DNA of 64,000 nt, taken from positions 3,224,001 to 3,288,000 of the forward strand of contig CM038998.1 in NCBI GenBank assembly GCA_017499595.2. The letters run 5' to 3'. Every line of letters begins with the position of its first letter. The first letter of the stretch is position 1. Shown here one piece after another: positions 56,428 through 64,000 of this stretch. This stretch comes from Psilocybe cubensis (Eukaryota). The notes beneath the pieces were generated by a model, which ran no database searches, was not told the origin of the DNA, and worked only from the letters and a program-made list of their open reading frames with translations. The position numbers were made by a program, and so were the translations under genes.

Positions 56428-58028
56428 CTAAATACCCTCCATCATATTACTTGGAATCCATGCACGTAGCTTTGGAAGACAATTTTGAATCCAAGAATCG
56501 ACACTTGATTGATCAAATCGAGGATTTTCTTGAGCCGCTCGAAGCCTATTAATGCCATCTTGAATAATGTCTTTTGGAAAATCAATCTTGACACGTAATT
56601 CCGGAGAGCGCTTGCTAGATTGTCGCTTCCCAACAATTTGGCCAAAAAACATGTGGCCATAATAATGAAAGCCAATATCCCGAGCTCGAGCAATTTGCAT
56701 TGCCGACCTAAGTGCAATTCCAGGAAGAATGCTGTTAGACAGGTGGCGTAACATAACCACAGCATCTGTACCCCATACGAAATGATCTTCGGCAAATAGC
56801 ATCATGGCTGGAAGAGATAGTTGACGAGAAAAAAGAACTGGAATGAGATCATCGGATACAACAGGATGGAGATAATAGCTTAGTATATCGGAAGAGGGAA
56901 AGTCTGCCGGAAGATTGTGGGCCAAAGATGGGCAGCGGCGAGGTAAATGAAATGAAGAATTGCTATGAGCTTCACTTATTAGCTGGCTTCGCCATTCATG
57001 TAGGAATTGTTGCTGTGCTTCTTGACTGTAGTTGTTTTCCTTAAGGCCACACGCTAGTGATCGACCAAAACCAGCTTTTGCAAGTCCAAGTGCTGTTTCA
57101 ATGCCACAGCCTTTGACTCCACCCTTAATAAAAAAAAGTTATAATACAATTAATAGAAAGAATAAATTGGAAAATTACAGGATTGTAGTCGCCACCAACC
57201 AATAGTGCAATAAGAACCATATCCTCGCTATTCATCTGAAGAGCTTGAAGAATATCAGATGATCGATATACAACCACCTGTTCATCATCGGACACATCTT
57301 CATCGCTATTAAAATGCCATATTAAAATTTAGATTGAGTTGAGCTAAAAGTGTACTTACATTCGCAAGACAGTTGTGGTACCAAATACAATACTATCAGA
57401 GTCTTCTGTAAGAACGGCATCGAGATAGTCCTCCTTTGTAAGTCTGGCAAGCTCCGCTTCAGCTTCACCAGGTGCCTATTCCCATAATATGTATGAGCCG
57501 CCCAAGCCTTAGGCTACTGCAATAACCAATAAAGAACATACCTCACACCAAATAAAACCGTAAGCATCTAACAGCGATTTGAAATCAGCTTCAATCCAGT
57601 GGCGATTTCCCCTTATGTTCTTTTTGCGCTTTATACTTGGTTTGTTGGGGCCATCAAAGACAAAGATGGGCAGAATAGGAAGCGAGTATAGGCGGCTACA
57701 GCGAGCATTTAGAGTAGCAAGCTCCATATTCTTTGTAGCACCGTGTCGGTAGCATGCACGGTAAATCCACCCCCTATTGTCAATAACACCGAATCAATTT
57801 ATGTTTTTGAAAAAGAAATCAACAATATATACATACATTGCATCAACACCAAGCCTATATCCTCGGGTTCCTTGACGGTTTGACATAAATCCATCCTCAA
57901 CAGCCAGACGTTGAAACGAGGCTCGTGTTGCTACAGGGTCTAGTAGCTACATAAATCCAATCTGTCAGCAGCTACGTGCAAGAGTCATAGAAAGTCATAC
58001 GCACCTTCCACAGGCCTTTAACGCCCAT
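56428..58028 (-). CDS. XPG/Rad2-family structure-specific nuclease, GEN1/Yen1-like, copy 1
   Basis: MGVKGLWK, RLGVDAMGW, PIFVFDGPNKPSIKR, APGEAEAELA, VLTEDSDSIVFG, and the H2TH motif LLVGGDYNP-GGVKGCGIETAL. The acidic catalytic residues appear intact. Confidence 0.85.
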
Positions 58029-58954
58029 CGTATGGAGGCTAAACGAAAGCTAGATCAATAGCGGACAAAAGATAGATATAAGATAAACCCACCCGAAATG
58101 TTTTGCAAATGTCTAAGCATCAATGTCTGTGAACAGAAACGCATACAGACCACGATAATGAGCCAAACTATTACAAAAGGGGTATTATTTGAGCAAAGAT
58201 TGTGATCTACACAAAAAACTCAAGAGTTCTAGCTGTAATTTAAAATAAATCATATTAATTTTGTAAAAGCGGAGTAGTAGAACAAATGCACGGCAATAAA
58301 CACCTCATGCTAGCCATACAGAAGCGCCTCGGCCCAGGGATGATCCTTAGTTTCTTCTGTACGGCTAGCATGTGGTGCCTAGCAGACACGGCAATATAAT
58401 AGAATAATATTTTTCAGTACTTGAAAAGCACAACCATAGGCCTGTGTACGTGTCTGCATGCATGCGAAGAAAGGATTTGAGGTGGCGGCAGTGATGCAAG
58501 GAAAGATGATGGATGGTGTGAATGTGTATCTATAGCTTATACTCAGTAATACGAATAAAATCAAGAATCAAAGAAGAGGGCACTGGCAGCCTAGTGTATG
58601 CCCAGGCATGAGTATTCCTGGGCTGCCATTGTGCGACGAAAAGGATGGGGGTATTCCATAATAAAGTATCAGAACACACCTAGATTCCAATTCTATCCTC
58701 TACGTAGCACCCTAAATCAAACAATCTAGCTTGCGCTGCAGGGCAATTTGCATGACTAAACGGCTCCGTTGAGCGACAACACTGCAAAAAAAATGCTAAG
58801 ATACTTACCGGAGTGAGCCTCTTGACCAACCTACGAGACAGACGTATCTCATAAATTATAGCACCACACAGCTGATGGAGGGAGATGTGCATGGATGGGA
58901 CGCAAGGAGGAGGTGCATGAACGGGAGAGAGCAGGAATCATCGATTCAACCAAC

Positions 58955-59065
58955 ACGCGTGCCAGCACTACACGTGATTGGACGTGCTGATTGTAATTCA
59001 CGCGACTCCTGTAAATTCACGCGACTCCTGTAAGATTCACGCGACTCCCTGGTTAAAACACGCGT
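58955..59065. repeat. Three direct repeats of ATTCACGCGACTCC flanked by two ACGCGT sites
   Basis: Repeats at 58996-59009, 59015-59028 and 59035-59048, each closely preceded by TGTA. ACGCGT at 58955-58960 and 59060-59065. Confidence 0.85.
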
Positions 59066-59927
59066 TACGCACGTTGTATATGGCAGTGTCGTGCCTCGGC
59101 AGCAGGCATTAGTGTAGTACGTGAGATAACAAGGTGTGAACGTCATTCTCTCACTATGAACTGTCTTTTTTTACAGTAGAACTGTCTTTTATTGGCCCAA
59201 TTGAGGTAAGCTTGATGCCGTATTTGCCTTCTGATCGTCATTTCTGAGCCTTGGCTCAATTTCGTAGTTTCCAATCTCGCCAATTAGTCAATACGTTAGT
59301 CACACCAATCCACGGCAATCCACCCTACGTAAAAAAGAATGTTTTATTGTTCAATTCTACGGTTATGGTGTGTAGTGCGGCATTGAACCTTAAGCTTAGC
59401 CAAACTCAAAACCCACTGCCCTCCTGCGAGGAATTTCTCTATGGAACGGGTCCCTTGAACGTGCTCCAGCAAACTCTAAGTTTTTACAGAAGGTCAGAAT
59501 CTGAGTCGTAATAATATGTCATATTAGTTAGATCCGGTAAACTACAAATCAGCACGAATATGTAGCTTTAAAACAAGCCTTGTTCCCCCTCTCCTTCTTT
59601 CCATCTTTCTGCGTCCGTCGTCGGTGTCAAAGCATCTCGAAAAAAATGCCTGTTGCAATTGATTCATCCGCCCTAGTATGGCAGTGAGTAGGGTTTTATG
59701 TACTATCTGGTCGCAAGCTTGCTCCATGCTTTTACTGTTACTTGTGCCCTCAGAACTTTTCGTTTTTCTTGCTGCTGCCATCCCGAGGCCCTCCACGGCG
59801 ACGCCGTTTGAACCCGTTTTGAGTGATCGAGGGCACCTCGGCACACCTCTCGTGCGAGGGTTGTGCGAGGGTTAGGGTCGATCGTAACGCTGTGACCGAT
59901 GGCGCCGATCGCTTTGTCAGGCTGTGC

Positions 59928-59981
59928 CAACCGTCTTTCTGCTCGGTCGCAGCTGTACTTCTCTCGGAAAACGGACGGTTG
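59928..59981. repeat. Inverted repeat CAACCGTC-N38-GACGGTTG centred on the copy 1/copy 2 junction (putative recombination site)
   Basis: Arms at 59928-59935 and 59974-59981. The symmetry centre is 59954/59955 and the junction is 59955/59956. Confidence 0.65.
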
Positions 59982-60342
59982 ACGCACGTGAGGAGGCGCG
60001 GCGTAACAGCCTGTCACCCCCCTCACTGTAAATGTGTCACGCTGACCGTCGTCTTCCATTTTGGGAAGGCGTGATGGTCGATCGTCACCTCGCTTTACGC
60101 ATGTTTCGTACTCAACCTATTGCTCCCCGTTGCCTCTATACCTCTTTTATTCGCTTCTCCGTCTATCGTTACCGCTTTTGCTAATTTCTCTTAATTACAG
60201 ATGCAACTATGACCTCATTTCCAAAGGCTTTGAATTGCCAGCAGCAGCAACATCAACAAATCCGATCAGGAATCTCTATGGACCTACGCTTGTGTTGGCT
60301 CTCATCTTTGTCTTGACAGTCCTCGCTCTTCTTCCTGGGGCA

Positions 60343-62026
60343 ATGGAAGAACTTCAAAGCATCAATAAGTCATCAATTCTGTTGGAGGTTGATGTTGAGA
60401 AAGGGCCGCCTCAGTCAGATGCAAGCAGGCTTCCGCTTCCCGCTCAGTCCAAAGGAGGTTCAGGGATCACGGTTTGCTACGTCGATGTGTGAGTCTTTCT
60501 GTTTTTACTTATATATTCCATTTCTAATGTAGTTTTATAGTTTTAATATGAAGAAAGCTGATTTGGTAGACCTGTGTCGCCAATACAAGCTTCCTGTTTC
60601 CGGTACAATCAAGGTTCTTATCGAGAGATTACAGGAGTTTAGTGGTCAGCGAGAACAATGGGACCGGTTAGCCTACTCTCTCTGTGCTTTCCTTCTAGGT
60701 GTTTATTATAGCTAATCTATTCCTACAAGACTCACTACAGGTGTTGCTCGTCGTTCTCATCTTGGGTTTAGCACCCATTCTTCTACAAAACCAACAGCCA
60801 GCCACAAAAAGTCAGTGCAGCGTCGTGAAAAAATGTTTTTGGAGTCAACAAATACAGAAAATGGCAATCCGAAATCTCTTCCATCTATTCTATCAACGGC
60901 AGTTCAGCCCTCTCATCAATGGTGTCAAACTCGTCGAGCTGCCGATCTTGATTGGGTACGCATGTTGTATATTTGTTTAGTTGCCCTACAACTCATACTA
61001 AGCCCTCATTTGATGCTACAGGCACGTTATATTGTCAATTTATACCCATATCGTAGAGAAGAAACTAGGAATAGGTTGGCAGAGCGTGATGCGGCACAAT
61101 TTAATCAGAAACGACTGGTAAGTAGTAAACATTCTTATTATTGTTTTATCATTAATTGTATCTATATATCTAGTTCTCAAGCTCAAATGACGATGACGTT
61201 AAGGCTGGGATTGAGATAGCGAATGGCCATCTCTTAAAAATTGTCAACTGGGTTGAAGCTGGGACTACTTCTCCTCATCCAACTCCATCGCCCTCTCATC
61301 AGCTTCAACCAAGCACATCCCACTTTTCGGTGGCAGCTACTAAGGATTTGCAAAATTCTCAAGGTCATTCAATTTCTGCTTCTACCACAACCACTCCTAC
61401 TCGCACAGTAACTATGGCTAGTGGATCTATTACTTTTTCATCATCCGATGTTCCACCACCACCCGCTGTTTCATTTGCTTCTGATATTCCTGGATTGAAT
61501 CGCATGTGGGACGATACAAGCATTTATTGGGATGGATATTCTGTGCTTACAATTAAGGGAACGGCCATTCCTATTGTATACTGGAAGGAGATATACACCT
61601 CTAAGGGTAGTGTTGAATGGAAGCCGAAGCAGTGGGAGTCACTCAAAGGGAAATTTTTTGATTGGAAGGTAACTGGCTAATGTTCATTCTTGAATCTTGA
61701 TGAATATGTTTTGACCGCTTTTTGCTCAGATTCTTGTCCATCAATGGCGACAAGGATCTCCCGAAGATTTCTGGGCTAAATTCACCAAAGACGGCAAGAT
61801 ACTGGGCTATCGTCAAATTCTTGATCAACTCGCTGAACAAAGAACTGCTCATGATGCACTTTTTGCACAACAGATTATGCACGAGTATGGTAATCAATTT
61901 TCATCTATTTTTTCTTATGTTAAGAATGGGACAAGACATGTCAAGACAAAACCTTGTCATATTATTAAGCAGTACCGTAGGATGAAGGGTCTCATTAACG
62001 AAGACGACAATGATGAGGATAATTAG
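60343..62026 (+). CDS. SAP-domain protein, copy 2
   Basis: Same sequence as 52796-54479. Confidence 0.7.
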
Positions 62027-62075
62027 TTGATTATGTTTTTGCTCCAATATCTTACATCAATTATATATAATTTTA

Positions 62076-63759
62076 CTATGCACAGTGACATGTTCGTCCA
62101 CACATAAAGCACTTGACTGCAGGTGGTTTATCAGAATTAAAAAAGTCTTCTCGACGCTGTGTTGGGTTATCATTCCAAGATATTAGATATCTCACAATAG
62201 TGAGATTAGAAAATTCAGTACTCCATCCACCCCATTCACAAATAGTGCGAATAGACCAACGTCTTTCTGATGAAAGGTATTGGCAACCACCACGACGGAA
62301 AGAGTGTGTTCCATATGGTATTGGATCAACGCCAATATCAAGAAGATTGTTTCGGAACAGCTCAAGAAATTGCTCTGATGTCTATTTGAATGAGAAATAA
62401 GTAGAAGCATTTGTATAAATAGCATACCATGGGTATGTTATCAGCCGATGGCCTATCCCCAGATGCAATCTTTCGAAAAATGTAGCCATCGGTAATCTCG
62501 CTTGCATCAAGCCAATTTGCCATTGCACGAACAGGACAAAGATGAGCCTCATTTTCTGCTAGTAACCGCAGATAAAATGGCTTAATTCCTAAAGAAATAT
62601 ATATTAGAATAGACTTCAAATAGTTTAAAAAAGTTTTACCGCCATGCTGATGTGTTTTGCGAAATGGTAGTGTAAGAACCAGTCCAGGTGGATTCATCTG
62701 ATAAACAATATGTTCACGTCGGATTTTCAATACCTCATCTGATCGGAGTAGACAGAGAAAAGCAATTGTATAAATTGCCTCAAGAGCGCGTCGGGCTAAT
62801 CCTCCTCCCCAATGGTTGCTATCTTGTTCTTTTCTAGACCCTGGAGCATAGGGTTTGATATCATAGTTTTCGGATTTATGATTTTCATCATAAAGAGCTT
62901 TTAGAGTAGCTGAGGTGATTGCGCGTGCACTTGTTGGTGTTTCACCATTTCGAATCTAAAAAGGAGATATATAGTCAAAACTACAGCCAATCAAGCAATT
63001 TGAGTGCAACTTGAACATTACCTTCCGAGCACGCAAACTCATCATGTATGTTGCTACGGTGTCGGATACTGATGGATTTCCTATCATTTTACCCGTAAGC
63101 TCATTTCTTCTCCACCTATCTGAGCCTAAACCAAGTTCACGTCCAAAAAGATATGTCATAGACGCTCTCATCTTTTGGCCATGTACATAGGAATCACGGA
63201 CAACATGTGTTGGCTTTAAAGTTCCATCAAGATAAATATCATCGCATCTAGAAAATACGGTAGTTTGAAAAAAATTCCAATAGAGAAAATCAATAAGCTT
63301 ACTTGTCCATAATCCATGCCGCAATGAAAAAAGGTGCATCGTCGGGTGGATTGCAACAAGCAAAATCTTCACGTTTTTTAATCATGTTCTTGCTAATCAG
63401 AAACTTGATACATTGCTTGATAAGACTAGAATAAAAACAAAATAAGCGCACTATTTAGAAATGAAGACAGGATAGTATTACCGCTGATAATCAGCATCAG
63501 TTTTGTCTGTGACTCCTTTAGATGCACCAGTAATTGTATCTCGCCACTTGGAAGCTGTTGGATTGTGGCTATCTAAATCTTCACTAGAAAGATCATGAAG
63601 TGACAGATTGGGCAGAGTCTCTGTTTCACCGTCGAGATCGTTTTCAACGTCTTCTGGTATAAATGGTTCATTTTCAATAGTAGGAGAAGGACTGCCAGAT
63701 ATAATGGAGTTTAGACCGGCATAGATTGAGTTTGAGGGCACCACCATTGAGGAAAGCAT
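62076..63759 (-). CDS. Tyrosine recombinase, copy 2
   Basis: Same sequence as 54529-56212. Confidence 0.9.
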
Positions 63760-64000
63760 AGTAGGGATTAGATTTAAGAAATTGTAGCGGAAAGGAGTAC
63801 ACTGATTAGAATATATACTTTTGTAAAGCTTACTGCGGACAAAACAGATAGGAGTAGTAGACTCATTTGAAACACATTGTAAGAAGGCAATTTACAGCAA
63901 GGAGGCGATCTAGTGGCATTATGGTGAAGACACGCTCAAACACGTAAAAAAACAAATATAAGCCATACCTAATTCTAAATACCCTCCATCATATTACTTG

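Larger units (their letters stand above)
52409..59955. mobile_element. 7,547-bp Crypton-like tyrosine-recombinase element, copy 1 (SAP protein, YR, GEN1/Yen1-like nuclease)
   Basis: Identity with 59956 onward begins abruptly at TACTTCTCTCGG (52409 vs 59956). The unit encodes a YR and has subterminal inverted 8-mers. No reverse transcriptase, LTR or DDE transposase was seen. Confidence 0.8.
59956..64000. mobile_element. Copy 2 of the element, head-to-tail, truncated by the window end
   Basis: Matches 52409-56453 at a constant 7,547-bp offset. The ORF-track translations are identical. Confidence 0.85.

Noticed and set aside
58379-58892. Possible fourth element gene (short minus-strand ORFs with a GTAAGT donor near 58808)
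   Set aside because: No coherent spliced frame or recognisable motif. It may be UTR or non-coding.
59852-59878. Telomere-like GTGCGAGGGTT x2 followed by AGGGT near the element end
   Set aside because: Only one true TTAGGG, too short to call a telomeric seed.
52409-59955. Starship or DIRS/Ngaro classification of the element
   Set aside because: No RT/RNase H or gag. The unit is small, the YR is internal rather than the first gene, and I cannot recognise DUF3435 features. An HMM search is needed to be certain.

Overview
Intron-rich, gene-dense fungal DNA, most consistent with an Agaricomycete basidiomycete (short GT-AG introns, basidiomycete-like proteins). Bases 1-52,400 hold mostly housekeeping genes: a GT32 glycosyltransferase, pyruvate kinase, MCM3, CDC40/PRP17, a Myb/zinc-finger factor, SGT2, PRP19, an OPT transporter, a TauD dioxygenase, ALG10, an orphan S/P-rich protein, Spc7/KNL1, kinesin-6, UNG, MTQ2 and tricalbin. 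Two extras sit among them: a secreted Kex2-processed repeat precursor with 12 copies of GNVDW, and a diverged partial tricalbin paralog. From 52,409 the sequence switches to a 7,547-bp unit repeated head-to-tail; copy 2 is cut off by the window end and looks identical to copy 1. The unit encodes an intron-containing tyrosine recombinase with intact catalytic motifs, a GEN1/Yen1-like XPG-family nuclease and a SAP-domain protein. Its copy-to-copy junction sits at the centre of an inverted repeat, and it carries an iteron-like cluster of CGCG motifs. This Crypton-like 'recombinase + resolvase + SAP' element is the best candidate for an undescribed system. Exon boundaries were read by eye and are approximate; no database searches were run.
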